NCBI RefSeq assembly: GCF_040938485.1 | Contig: NW_027271698.1 | Span: 2,542,001-2,606,000 of the forward strand | Direction of reading: 5' to 3' | Origin: Diadema antillarum | Taxonomy: Eukaryota | DNA length: 64,000 nt | Part shown: in pieces, positions 25,001 through 39,445 of the stretch | Layout of the letters: the number at the start of each line of letters is the position of its first letter | Position numbering within the stretch: the first letter of the stretch is position 1 | Notes under the pieces: model-generated | What the model saw: only the letters and a program-made list of their open reading frames with translations | What the model was told of the DNA's origin: nothing | Databases searched by the model: none | Program-made: the position numbers and the translations under genes

Positions 25001-27417
25001 CCGATTCTGCTAGCTGCTATGAATTGAAATTCCCGGGCGAGAGTGTCTAGTGGTATCTGATGCGGATGTGAGATCGATTGGCGACGCGACAGCTCTCTGT
25101 ATCGGTGACTACGTACTGTGGGTGCCTCAAGGTGTGCCGATATCTCCTTTTTTGTACGCAAGCCTGCATCAATTCTGGTGAGTTTGTTAAGATTCCTTTC
25201 AATTTTTGCCATCGTGCAACAAATCTAGTAGCCATTTTTCAGTGTAGACTAGTATTTTCCTGATACTACTCTATCTATGCTTGCTCCTTTGGATGGGAGT
25301 TCAAGAAGAAGAAATTATAATAATTCACATCAAATTCTCTTGCATTTGTTACAATTTAACAATCCTGACTTCGTAAACGAAATGACCAATAATTCCGGAC
25401 CTGTTAAAAGTTAGTCTGATAAAAAAGAGTAACATTTCAGCAGCACAAAGAATAGAAAAAAAATTCTTCAAAATCGGATAAAAATTAAGGAAGTTATAAA
25501 ATTGCTAAGTTTTTTTTTAATTTTTTTTTTTGCAAAACGCTTCTCCAATAGTCAATATGAATATTTAAATGAGTGAGTTGATGATGTCGTCACCCCCTCA
25601 CAACTTGCCACAATAGTTTGTACACAAAATCTGCAAATTTCCTGGTTTTTTTTTCTTCATCGTCATCTAGGCTTATTTGCACAATGTGATCGAGACCAGC
25701 ATAGATTTAATGAAACTATGTCGAATCTGATAATATCATAACTTTGATAAAGTCTGCCCAATTTCCTTGAAACTTTCACAGTTCTCTAGTCTGGTTATAC
25801 GTCATGCTCACATTGAGCACATACAAAATAGAGTTATCATTTGCAGATGTGACAAAAACCCAACTTTAGTGCGTCAAAATAGTTCTAAAATGTGAGTAAG
25901 AATAGAAACAACAGATATAAAAATTGACATCAATATAGTAAGTGTTAAGTATTGTTAAATATACAGAAAAGTTAATTTAATTTTGTTAAAATACAAATAT
26001 TTGCAGACGCAGCGTAGACTAAACCATCTACAACTATGATTTAGTGGGAAACATAGTGATATCTCCTTATATTTTTGGCTTTATTACGAAATTTTCATAT
26101 GGTGGGATGTTTTGTGATACAACTTACCTATATATTTTGTATCAAATATCTCTAACATTTTTTTTTTTAAATCACTGCTCCCAATGGTAAACAATACCTT
26201 TAAAAGTGGTACAGTGAAAGTCTCCTGAAGATACCACACGATCTCTCGTCCTTGTTTATTTCTTTCACGATTCTGGTTACATCTGATATAGCTCGTCCTT
26301 ATCATCATACCTCCCTCTCCGTTTGTTATTAGACCCGATAGCGCTGTGATTACGTAATCTAAGCGGTCATTTCAGTGGAGAGGCGAAGGGCGAGACGGAA
26401 TGATGTTGAAAGTGAAAACAAAGAAAGAGGGAGAGAGCGTAATGCATTACGTATTAGTACTACGAATAAAAGCCATAATTTTGCAGTCTGGAATATAAAA
26501 TCGGGATAAAGTTAATGACCAAATTTGGATCGAATGGGATACCATAGCGGGAACCGCACAATTAATTTCCTTTCATTTATTAAATTTCCACACAAATCAT
26601 GCGGTGGTGGATTTGTGACCTACATCTAGATCAATGAATAGTATCATAGAAGAAACTTCAGATAATATTTGATTACAGAAAATGAATTCAAAATCAGTCT
26701 AGAGTATGTTATATTCATATCGGATGATTAAGATTATGCGCCCTGGGAACCTACAGAGGAGCAGATGCGGGGGGGGGGGGTCCCTAGAAAAGAGTCTAAC
26801 AATCACTCACACACAGTCACACACACTTAACGCACGTTAGTGCACCTGGACAAGCGTGCATGCACACACACACAACAAAGAGAAAAGAACGAGAGAAGAA
26901 GGAGAAAGAGAAAACACCAATAAGACAGTCATTAAATTTTAAAGGGACGGCATCAAGTGGAAAACAACGACAAGATAGTGATTATCTGACCCGTTCACTC
27001 TGCTTACCTGACTTGACAGTCATACCAGTGAAACGAAACTAGATTCCGGGGATTTCATACTTTGAAGAAAGGGGGGGGGGTAGGCAAGAGTGTTGATTAG
27101 CTCGTTCATTTGGCTTCAAGAGGGAGAATGTTAATAGATGTGAATATATTAGTAAACTTTAATGTCGGGAGTTTCCTGGCGAATTGGGACAGGATCTGAG
27201 ATGCCCACACCCAGGAGTATCACACCTGGAAAATGAAAAAGAAAAGTTCATGAAAAATGTTTCAGGTATTTGTCAATTAGTTTGTTTTGCGAAAACTCTC
27301 GAAAGACTGGATCATTAAAGAAGTTATGCTGAGTATGAGGATTGTTAATGTTAATCAATTGACGATGTACTTTACGTACATAAGCGACAGATTGGGGCGA
27401 AGTGTGTGGGGAGAGGG

Positions 27418-27522
27418 AAGGAGGGGAGAAGGAGGAGGAGGAGGAGAAGGAGGAAGAGGATGAGGAGGGGGAGGAGGAGGAGGAAGAGGAGGAGGAGGAG
27501 GAAGAAGACGAAGAAGAGGAGA
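27418..27522. repeat. Purine-only (GAG/GAA)n tract
   Basis: About 100 nt almost entirely of G and A on the + strand. Confidence 0.9.
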
Positions 27523-29201
27523 TGTAAGCCTATTGCACGGAGGGTCCGGCGAAGCGATGGTGTTACAGATAGTAGGATGGATTTGTAGCTGAGATGCGTT
27601 CCACCTGGTCGCTAGACATCAAAAGCTTCGCATCAACAAATAAAATGTAGTGCCACGCTCTTCGCAGACACAATGAACTTATCTCCTCTTACAATCTGCA
27701 CACGTGGCTGCAACCAATACCAGCATTGCGCGAAAACATTATGTAATTCCACAAAATTCCGCATTTTTAAGTCATTTTATATCCTCCTTCAATGAAAGTT
27801 ACACTGTTTTGTAGAATCAATTATACTGTATTCACATTCATGGTCAACTTGAATATTAAGTTTGTGTTCACTGCAAGTGTTAAACAAATGTATTGACTTA
27901 GGCTGTTTTCATGCAATCATGTAGGGAAATGATGTGTTCACTTCCAAGTCCTGTATCAAAGCGTATGATTTTTCCAATGTTAGATGAAAAGTATAAGATC
28001 AAATCCAATCAAACGAACCGAACAATAGAATCGGAGAGTTTAAGTATGTGTGTGAGATGAGGGATGATTGAAAGACGAGCCTTACAGATTGGTCATCTCA
28101 CTTAGTAGTGAATGTAGTATTCCATAATCCTCTAATAGTAGGCCTACAGTGCGCTCAGCTGTTGATATTGTAGTTTATGTATGTCTGTCCTTCCGGGGGG
28201 CGTGTTTTTTTTAGACGGCACAGATTGGGGAAACTAAAAATCTNNNNNNNNNNNNNNNNNNNNNNNNNNNNNNNNNNNNNNNNNNNNNNNNNNNNNNNNN
28301 NNNNNNNNNNNNNNNNNNNNNNNNNNNNNNNNNNNNNNNNNNNNNNNNNNNNNNNNNNNNNNNNNNNNNNNNNNNCCTAACCCAACGTTTTTCCCATAGG
28401 TTTAAAACGCGCCATGCCCCAATCTGTGCCGTCTTTAAAAAAAAACGCTTCCGGGGGAACTAGATGCGTAAAAGGTCATAGTTTAATCCCTGTCACATAT
28501 TATAAAATGATAATATTATCTTATTCACGTGGTCTTCTCTTTCTAATACAAATCTCGACGTTTGCCGTCTTACCGTATTTCTTTGAGCGAGGGTTGAAAT
28601 CATTCCATCAAACGCAAATGCAAACATCAAAAACATGTCTGGGATCACTATACCCTTCTAGTTTGTGCCACGCAAGCCTGACAAGACATGCAGTTTCAAA
28701 TGACTACAGTAAAAGCTGTTTGTATTTCTTTTTGTAAGCACTCTGTATAAAAAAGGGGAGAACTAACTTGTACCAGGGCCTATGCTCAGACGGCAATTTT
28801 GCTGCTCGACAAGCTAACCCATCAATCAACCCTCAACACAGCCCGAGGCACCGGGAGGGAATCATCCCACTCGCTCACGCCCCTCGCTAACTCACTTGGC
28901 AATTCGTCTGAATTTCACTATATCCACCATATAGGGAATAAATATCATAATCTCTCCTATTACCGCTAACCTGCAAACGCGCTCAGCGTAGCGAAATAGT
29001 GCAGTGGCTTTGACTTATGGCCTCAAGGCTTGGCAGTGTGTTGGTGAGAAAAGGAAACGATATTTCACCGGAAGGCAATTTCTAGCCCTCTTTTCTCCCA
29101 TTTTAATCGCTGGATAATTCTCTGAGTTATTTTGTGACATCAGAAGTATAGCCTCTTTCCGCTCCTCGAATCACCCCCACTCCTTCCTACCTTCTCCCCT
29201 C

Positions 29202-29481
29202 TATATAATTTGCACGGCTGTATTTCACCTTGGAGCTAAACACCAAGGTCAATGTGAAACTAGCAGGACACCACTTACGCCATAGACAAGGTTACGAACT
29301 GTAGAGGGAAAAGAAAGCCCGGGTAGGGATGCGTTGCTGGAGGGGTCACTATAGAAACAAGACGTCTCTAGGATGAGGTGTGGGGTTCATTTCAAGCTCT
29401 GTATCCAACAAGGGTGTGTGAATTCTAGCAGCTTCTCGCTGCGTCTACTTTGAAGGGTATTACAGACGGACTCTAAAACTT
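29202..29481 (+). promoter_or_regulatory. Putative sage core promoter (TATA) and non-coding first exon
   Basis: TATATAA at 29202 follows a pyrimidine-rich stretch. A consensus donor GTAAGT is at 29482, and a matching acceptor TCCGTAG|G at 30577 lies 20 nt before the ATG. TSS position is inferred. Confidence 0.5.
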
Positions 29482-30597
29482 GTAAGTATCTAGGCTGCAC
29501 AGAGTAAACTTTTAATATTGTACCCGATGATGGTTCCTCACGATAGTGTAGCAATGAGCTTTGGAAGTTTTTAGAGGCCTGTGTTGCGATCGATCTTACA
29601 CTCGATTTATTTAGCGTATTTCAGTGACTTGAGTATAAGATCAGAACTGATCGTAAGACTTGATTTAAAGCACATACATGTAGTTAATAGCAGATCGAGT
29701 GTAACTTTTTTTTAAATCTCATTTCAATCGTAAGATCAATATTGCGATAAAGTTTATTTGAAACGGGACCCAAATTTATCTTTGCCATATATGCGAAATT
29801 CAGTGTATTAATGTTGGACGTGAATATGAATGTTCATATTATTTCTCAGCATTAAACATGACGCGTGATGACGTGTAGAGACACGTGAACACTTTCGATG
29901 ACTTGCCCTTTGTGCCTGCGTGTTGGTGTAAATCAGTAGGTCTACTGATCATTGACGTTTATTTTTTTTACCTTCCAATGTTATGTCTTTTACTCCCTCC
30001 CATCACTCTTATTTTGGGGATTTATACATGACAAGTTCTGTCTGAAAGCACAAAATGCAGTTTTTATAAATGTCTCATTTCTCCTTCAAACATTATTTCT
30101 GTTGTTTCTTGTTCATCATTCTATTTTCTCTTGTTCTTACACCTTCTTACAATTTTTATTTTCGGCTTTTACGTAACAAGTTCGTGTCTCAAAGAGCCAA
30201 AATAATGTAATTTCTATGAATTTGTCATATCTTCTTCAACTATCCCATTGTTGCAATTGCTTTAAACATCGCTTTGGATCTTTAGAATTAGGGGTAGTGA
30301 TTGTCATTATCAACATTTATGTAGACTTCTTGTAAACGTTCAAAGAACACTGAGACGGTCATAGAATCATCTCATTTCCTTAGAGTCATACGAACTGCCA
30401 TGCGTGTTATCTACCGTAGATGGTAACACCGGAATAGATCTCCTGCGCTAATCGCTGAATGAGTATTTCGTCATCGGCAGGGGTCAAAGGAGGCCGATCT
30501 GTCATTTGTTTTTGTACCGATAAACGCTGTCGTCTGCGATCTCGCTTCACCTCTGTATCTGTTATGATTGTCCGTAGGTTGACGACGATATCATACC

Positions 30598-33500
30598 ATG
30601 GAGGAGACGATTATTTTAAAGCAAGAAGACGAGGAGGATGTCTTACAACAGAGTCCGGTAGATGGTCATCTGAACGGACTCCCCGAGCCGGACTGCCCGG
30701 GCACGCCCGTCGCTGCGTCGTACTGTACTGCGGGCGACAGCAGCCCGATGCAGGAGCAGCAACCACCGCATCCCTCACATGTTCAACACTCACATCATCA
30801 TCATCAACATCAACACCATCAACAACAGCACCCCATGCAGCATTACGATACCTACCACAGTTACCACCACCACCACCATCATCGGCATCTAAGCTCGTCA
30901 CCCGGAGCCAACCCGGCAGTTATCGGCCACCATCTCGATCAGCAGCACCAGTCGTACTCTCGGGTGGTCGTGTCGCTTCATCATCAGCACGACGCCCTCG
31001 GGAACGGCGGAGGAGGGCTGGTCTCGTCTGGTTCGGACGACCAAAAGCCGCTGGGTGTTGGTTCGCCAGACGACCTGGCCTCAGAAGAGGAAAAAACGCG
31101 GGAAATGCTTCAGCGCAAAACAGCCAGCGACAGAGAGAGGTAATTGTCTTATACGGGCAGATAGTCGCAATGCACTATTATTTCTCCTCCCGGGCATCAT
31201 CTCCCAGTCTTACTCCCCCCAAAATGATTTTTTTAATTTTATTTAACGATTCTGGAGTTTTCTGAACAATTGGGGGTGCTGCAATTACACTTGTCTCGTT
31301 ACATAAGTTATCAAGCACACACAAACAAAAACAAAGGTTTCCTTTCAGAGAAGAAGTTAAAATAAGCTGATTTTTTTTAATGAATCTTAGCCATTTTTTT
31401 TCACGGATAACTATGATGTGTAATAACAGGGTCTACTTAGTTTTGCCAGGGAGGTGAATCCACCTTCCTGGTTTTACCGGACCTCGTAGGGTCCGGGGGA
31501 AATGATGATGAATAACTAACCACCTATAGGATGTGAAAAAAAAACACCCAGAAGGCTGGAAAACACCAAATACACTGCGACGAAAGTATAAGATCAACAC
31601 TGTGTGGTATGGGTCTGCGTATGCGCCATACTGACATCAATATCTCCTCTTATTACAATCATAATTATTTTCCATGTTGATTGATTATTAAGATTTGGTT
31701 GCGATGATGATGTCGATGACGTTAGAAATGAACACTTTTCAACGCTATAAAAAACGAGTTATATAACACACTGACTCGAGTCAAAATATGACTTAAAGGG
31801 ATGGTACAGTTTCGGTTGAGTTGGGGATTCAGTTTTCCAACTTCTTTGATGATATTTTTTTGAGAAAATGAGAAACCTCTTGTGAAATAATTGTAAGAGA
31901 CATTCAAAGTTTATTTGATGAAAATTGGCTTTGATAAGTTGAGATATAAAAAAGTAATCCTAATAAAAGGTGGGGCCTAACTTCTATTAGGATCGCTTTG
32001 TTTTACTTTTTTTGGGGGGGGGGGATTCTCAGCCACTTCAAAACCGTTTTTCATCAAGTAAACTTTCAATTCCTCTTAGAATTGTGTGCTATTTAACATT
32101 TCATAAAGTGGTTTCTAAGTATCTGTCAAAAAGTTAGAAGCTGAATCCTCACCTCAACCAATCCCATAGCATTCATGTAAGCACTTATCTCACCGAAATT
32201 TTAGATCGTACGCTCCAAGTCAATACTGTCAATATTCTTTGTACCGCAAATATTTGAGAAGCATGTAAAACCTCTCTCCACCTTTCTTTCATTATTCTTC
32301 GGATTGTTTCATGACCTCATCTGTCTTCGAGTGAATCTCCATTTCGTATTCAGATTGACTTGGACACGTGGAGTCAAATCAAACTAAGTATCAAACAAAG
32401 TATTTACTTTTAGGAGTTTAACCCAAATGATACCTAATCATGACAGTTGCGGAATTTACCGATATTGGTCACAGTGCCACATGTAAATTCGATAACGGAA
32501 AAAGAATTTTGTCTTTGACTAAACATCATGTCTTTCCTAAAATTTTCTTTGAGGGTGAAATCAAGGAGAAGAAATAGAGTTGTTTTTTTTATCAAACACT
32601 TTTATATAATGAATGTTTTAAAAGGGTGCTGGATTTTTTTATAAGATTATTGACATAACCATGGTATTTCTATGCAGACTCAGTCGAAGTTCTCTTTAAA
32701 GTTGTTAGGGTGCCACTCGACCTCATCTTTTATACCACCATCTACCTGCTTTACTGCGAGAATAAAGAGTGTTGGAGGAAAACCTCTTTGTTTAAGGATT
32801 CATAGCAAACCTGGCAAACCTCCGTGCAAAGGTTCTAACTTCTAACCTTCCGTGCTATCCTAATGAGATAATTCGGCGCGAGGAGAAATGTTAATTGCTC
32901 CGAAGCCTTTATCGCGCGAAGGCCCTTAATCGAAACATTCAGATCTTATCACAATTCGGCGAAGTAAAGGACGTTGCAATAATCAGCAAGGTTATCCAAT
33001 TGCACCTCTTAAAATCTATGTCTAATTGGATTGTAGCTCTTCAATTATGGTTCGATCATATCTCTTAATTGCGCATTAGATTGGCAACAATGTAAAAGTA
33101 GACGTACTTTGAGCGATTTTTTTTCTCTTAAGGGGATTTTGCCTCAATATCTAAGTGGATGCAGTGATTTCAGCAATATTTCTAAGAGATATTAGTGAAA
33201 TATGCGAAAAATCTCACAATTTGTGCAAAAGTTATGAAATATTAAATTTCTCTGATGCCACTATTGCTAGGATAGGAAGGTTTCGACAGTTTGTGATGTC
33301 TTAGTAGTTGAGTGATGTAACTATGATACAGACACATGATTTAATCAAAAATTTAAACATTCACTACTTTTGAACTCATTGTCCGATCTTTTCTCAAACA
33401 GTTGTGAAACGTCAACGATTGTGTTCTTCGTACTATCACTGTATTCAGTGAATCCACTTATACATTTAGGGTAAATTTCCCTCTAAGAAGATAAACAGAC

Positions 33501-35284
33501 AATGAACCTCATTACTTTGTTATTGCATCTGAATCATTTTGTGACAATGAAAGTTTTAAGTGATTTTTTTTTTAAACGGACAGGGGCAGAGTAAGAACTT
33601 GAGGATGAAGCGAAACGAAAGCTTGAAGCATTTTGCATTCAGTGACGAAATATTTTATTTTGAGTCGTGTATCATTATATCACGTTAAGTGTCTAATACA
33701 CAGCTTTCAAAATAACTCGTCATCGATAGTCTGACTCACACTGTGTATAGTTTACGCCAGAATGCGATAGAGTAATTGTACCAATACATTCCTGCAAAGC
33801 GAGAGATTACAATTTAAAGAAGACAATTTCTCATCAATAAATACATTTCATATAATGTCACCTGCCAGCTACTTGTGAACGGCGAGTCGCCCAAAAACGC
33901 ATGGATTAACCATTGCCAATGAATTGACTAGGTGTAATGTTTTGTCGTCCGTCCCGTTCTGTATACTTGCAGCAGCATTCAACTAAATGGATTCTATCTA
34001 TGCCCTAACACTAACACGACTGGTGATGATGCCGGGATACATAACTATACCATACGTCATAACAGGGATCCTGTTGCGGGAATAATCAATTTTCCCGCTT
34101 ATCTCTTCTCGAACCTCTGATCCCGCCAATCCAGGTCGCGGATGCGGGACATGAACAACGCGTTCGAGATGCTGCGCGGGAAACTGGCACACCGCAAGCA
34201 GCCGGGAAAGAAGATGTCCAAGATCCAGGCCCTCCGCTTCGCTATCGAGTACATCAACGACCTGGAAGAGACCCTGACGATGACGACGCGGCTACCGACG
34301 GCCGGAGGCGCCTACTACCACTGGGCTCGTGCTAGGGGGTTTATCTGGGCACGTGAAAAGGTAGCTCAACAATACAAAACATACCATGATGATGGGGAAA
34401 AAAACATTTGTAGCATTGATATATGTATATACACTTGTACACGCATACATACGCACACTCATACAGAGCCTCAACTCATGCTGATACACACAATCTCAAG
34501 CGGACTTTAACATTTTATTTACTCTTATAATGAATGAGATCAAAACCGAAAGATAAGGCCTTCAATTTCATGTTTGTCAATAGAAAACAAATGCAATGTA
34601 GTCAAACATCCGAACGCTCCACCCATCTCTGTAACAATAAAGTAGTGTGACTGACACGATTTATTCTTTGGATTTCTGTTTGAAGACAAAATGAAATTAG
34701 GTTTAAGATTTGTGTTCAGGTCAAAGGGATATACGTGTGAAGTGATGACCTCATCGCCTTCCCTGTCATTTGCTTATGTCCGGTTGGAATTACAGTTTAC
34801 ATTGTTCTGGGAAAACAGCAATGACACATTAAGTCCCCCAAATTTATCATCTTATGTTCGATTCTGTTTAAGATTCTGTATACCATCCTGCTTGTGTAAC
34901 TTACAAAGTGGATATTTGATTCTTCAAACGCGAAACCAACTGCGAATGATATGCCATGTGATTTCATTTGTTTTGTTTTGTTTTGTTTTTTCATCTCAGG
35001 CCAAGATGAATGAATATAATGGCGTGCAATCCAGTCTCGACATGTCCCAAGACCCCACCAGTAACGGCATGGTCAGCGGCGCTATTCCAGACCCTTACGC
35101 AACATCTCTTCAACCCTTGCAACATCCTCATCAGTCGACGCAGCCACACGTTCTCCACCAGCAACAAGCCAATCAGCAGGCACCGCCACAACCCCAACCA
35201 GGCGGGGAACACGGTATGCTGGACTACAACGGCATCATGCATCAAACCACGCAAGCGCAGTATCAAACCCCCTCCACTCAGTGA
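30598..35284 (+). CDS. sage: Sage-type (Mesp-related) bHLH transcription factor, 350 aa, 3 coding exons
   Basis: Exons 30598-31139, 34135-34360 and 35000-35284 are GT-AG with phases 2 and 0; 1053 nt. The spliced b[59 protein letters not shown] matches my recollection of Drosophila Sage ([26 protein letters not shown]...KKYSKIESLRIAINYI). Termini are His/Gln-rich. Confidence 0.88.
31793..32168. mobile_element. TTAA-type foldback MITE related to 13298-13688
   Basis: Starts TTAAAGGGATGGTACAGTTTCGGTTGAG. The right arm GAATCCTCACCTCAACC and the internal layout resemble the 13.3-kb copy. Confidence 0.65.
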
Positions 35285-36585
35285 TTCGAGAGAAAATCAG
35301 TACGCATGCGCATGATGTGTGCTAACCAACCCCGACGCACCTGTCTCTTTTTATAGTCACAATTTGACAAAGTTTGTGACTTAAGACGGGAGTTCATCTG
35401 AAAGAACTATTTATTTTGATGAAACTATAGGATATGAACGCTATAAAAGTTAGATCGAAAGTGCGCAAATACTTTTGAAAGTTCAAACACTTTGAAAAAA
35501 GTAAGTCACCTGACATTAGGCTGACAAGACGTCCAGTGGAACAAATAGGAATTGCTATCTTAGCCAAATGACCAAACTGATTTTCGATATAAGACACAGA
35601 ATCTGAGGCACGAACTGATGAGGGGTATTACACAAGTGACGTCACAGACACGTGAACAATTCATCATTTTCGAGCTCTTCGTTGAACATCATGACTCATT
35701 CCGTAACTGCAATCTATACCAGTGATCATAATTATTATAGATAAGTATTCTTGATGTTTGACCGATTTATCTCCCCTTTAAGCTGATTTGATATCATTAG
35801 TTTCACTGAACTCACAAAATGTAAATATATATCAACCTTTGTTTCTCTGTCAACCCGCTAAAGAAATCTTTTTTTTTTTAACTTGATGCTTTATAAGGAA
35901 AGACCTTTTTTTTTCAAACCATGACTTATGAATAGTGTTGTCTTTAAAACTCCGCCATTTTACAGGATGTGCCACAAGTATTCCAAAACCTTAATGGACC
36001 CTCTTGACACCTTTCTAATATCTTGAGGAGGAAGCATGTCCATTCTGAATGTTTAACTTTTGTAGTTGAAAAAAAAACCCCTGATCATTTTGAATTTCTG
36101 ACCCACTACTATCATTCTAACCCAGTGAGTGTAGTGTTTTTTGAATGCCGGTTGTTACCGGTATAGAACGTTGTACAGTATCTAGTATGAAATATAGTGT
36201 CCTTTCTTTTGAAAGACTTTTCTTTACTATTTTTCCCATAGGCAATTGCATGTGTTTAAAAAAAATCCGCTATAATATGCAGTTGACTTGATACGATTTC
36301 CACAAAATGATACTGTATAATGTCTACTCGTAATTGGAATGGCAAGATGACCAAGTTATTACTTTTGTGTCGTGGTTATGAAAATGTAAGATATTATGTG
36401 TAAATTTCATTGACGTGCAATGTACATAATCAATATTTATCGTAGATCTGTTCAACTCCTTGGTCAGTTCTATGTTGAAAGCGTGAGGCAGGTTGTAGCA
36501 TTCATGGGAAATTCAGCAGTTGCAGCATTCGTCTATTGTATCACAGTTCGTGTCATACGTGGACAGCCAGCGTCCACCTCAATTC

Positions 36586-36960
36586 AATTCACTTCACTAA
36601 ACTTCATTTCAATTCAATTCAATTCTATTCTATTCTATTCAATTAAATTAAATTGAATCAAATTAAATTAAATTAAATTAAATTAAATTCAGTTCAATTC
36701 AGTTCTATTCAATTCAATGCAATAGTTCATTTATTTCCATAAAAGTACATGATACAAAACGGTTCATGTGTCAACAGCTTATGTCCACTAGGTCAACAAT
36801 GAGAAGCCTGATATTACTTTCTTATTAACAACATTCGTAATTAAAAGAAATTAAAATAGCGTCATGCACATTGCATAATCATAAATCATCACCAAGTATG
36901 TTAATCTAATCATTCAAGACGAAAAACTTAACAATGCTTTCCGAAAGTGTTAACGGAGTT
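36586..36960 (-). mobile_element. 3' end of a CR1/L2-type LINE with an expanded (TTGAA/TTTAA)n tail
   Basis: On the minus strand AATAAA is followed by ~130 nt of pentamer tail. The same tail type ends the LINE at 49725. Confidence 0.6.
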
Positions 36961-37723
36961 TACTCTATTCTATCTTACTGGCATTTCAGGTTCACAAGAA
37001 TGTGGGAAGGGAATTTCCCAGTCGTTGATATATAACCAAGGAGATAGGCCTACAAAGAGAGCGAAATAATGTCAAAACTCGTTGGGTAATACTTTGGGTG
37101 GTAAAACTTCTGTTGTATTGTTCATCTCAAGGTACTCGCCCCGTACCTCTTTGGTAGAACCATGGTAAATAAACACCTTGGTTTCTCTTGTAACAATTAC
37201 ACTCTTATGTAGTTACTCTAATGTGTTTTACTTTTTTAGATACAATGAAGAAAAGGAACATTATACGATCAGATAATCATAAAGTCAAGTTAAAAATGTT
37301 TTCGACGTAATGATCATGCGGTTATAACTATTTTCACTGATCATTAAAGAAAGCTATGAATTTCCTTTGAATTCATTTCCGTTCCTGTTATCTCAGAGTT
37401 TTATACTAGGTAGTCATAACGTGTGTGATGGTATGTTGACTATATTGGTGCAGGGAGGTGAGAGGAAACCTCCCTGATTGGTGGCATGAATGCTCATGCT
37501 TTGTATGCTAACTGCATGTAGCACGAAAGATGGCCATTAAGACGAGTTTGACAGTCTGTGCATGTCTATAACTGTTTGCTTATAATAATTGTATGGTTTC
37601 AAGGAAACAAAATCCTTTTGCTGAACATGAAGTTATGATTATATCAAGTCACAATTATTTGCCATATATGAAAAGTGATACAAAAACATATATGAAAATA
37701 TATGAATGCAAATAAGTGATGTT

Positions 37724-37760
<37 letters not shown>

Positions 37761-37798
37761 ATATAAACATACTTATTTGCTCTTGATGTATATAATGA

Positions 37799-37846
<48 letters not shown>

Positions 37847-39445
37847 TTACAAGTATACACAGGCCCTATAAACACGTAGTAAATCGTAGTTTGATTGATA
37901 GTCTATAGTAGCTATACCTCTTCTCAACTGAAAAAAAAATAGTTACAGATTATTGTTCTTTGGAGACTGGGGGGACACCACCTGAGCTAATTTGTTATGA
38001 TTTTAAAAGAGGCTGTTTCCTAAAAACAAAGTTTAAAAAATGTATATATAACTTACACTTCTCGTACATTTTGACTTGGTTGGTGATTTCATTTCAAATA
38101 CTAAGATAAATTTGAGCATAATTACACTAGGGTGTGCCTATACCAGGTATCTATACCTTCTACCGCTGGAGGTCAAGCATCAATGGCGTAAATTTCCAGC
38201 CTCTTAACACTGCCTATTTAGTCCGAAATGATTTCACTTGAGGATTTATTTTTGGAAGGCATATTAACTGATGGCACAATACAAGAAACTGAACCATTAT
38301 TCTGATAAGTATGGTATGAGTACATGACAAGGTCACAGATCAGAGTGTCAAATTGATGTAACTATATGCACAAGGATCATAAAGAAAATCCTTAATCTGT
38401 GATCGCAGTCGTAAAACGCAACTGTCCGAGAGCCGTTCCCCTCCTGGCATTATGAATTACGTGATCACAGACATTGACATTGACATAACCATGCGACAGC
38501 AAACGAAATAAAATAACTCTATTGCATTCTGTTCTAGAGCTTTCCATAATATCCGTAAATCCTGATTATATTCAATTGTTTATGTTTATTGTTATTACTG
38601 TTATTTTGGCGACTGCGTGTATTTCGTGCCAGCATATATAATATTAATTAGGGTGAAGACTTTTTTTTTTTCTCGACTAAGCGAGATTTGCTTTGTCCTT
38701 TCGGCGGAGACGGACTTTTGCATGAGTTGAATTGCTGCCACCAACGACAAGAGGATTTGTATACTCGTTACGTAGTGGAGAAAGTTCATGTTTGAATGAT
38801 AACGGCATGAAATATATCATGCAGCATTTGGAAGACATGACAGCAGTCTGGAATATACAGCTACATTTTTAAACACTTCGGCCAAAATATCTCTATTTTC
38901 AACGGCATCACAGCCTTAGATTATACATGTTGTGTACTTTTCCTCTACAACAAATCATTGATGCAGTGCACCTACGTTTTTTGAATCGACATTTTCATAG
39001 GTAGATAAAAATAATAAGCAGATAGATATTCTACTCGCTTTGTAGACACAATTCATATTATTTCATTGTTACTTTGTGACAAAGATTATGATAATACATT
39101 AAATTTAAATAATGAACCAGTAACGATGATAAAATGACTTATATTTTTCATGATTGAACATCATGAGGATTCCCCTATTGTACGAAATTCTGCCTATTCT
39201 ATAATATTGACCTCATGTTGGTCTTTAAAACACAAAGTCCTATTTGTATCTCCTTTTGCTGTTTGCCAATTATTCAGTATATCTGCCCGAAGTCCGACGT
39301 ATCATATAGGAAGAATAAAGATCCGGGTTTTCCCTTCAAGTTCTGAATAACAGACATGAATTTTGGACTTTGGTATGTTTGGAAACACTGGGCCTATATC
39401 TAGCGCACAAAACTTGTTGGACCTTCTGGCATTCGGCCGACAACA

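Noticed and set aside
30459-31265. 268-aa ORF overlapping the first sage coding exon in another frame, and the antisense ORF 30611-30901
   Set aside because: Both are by-products of the GC-rich, CAC/CAG-repetitive sage exon and have no recognisable domain.
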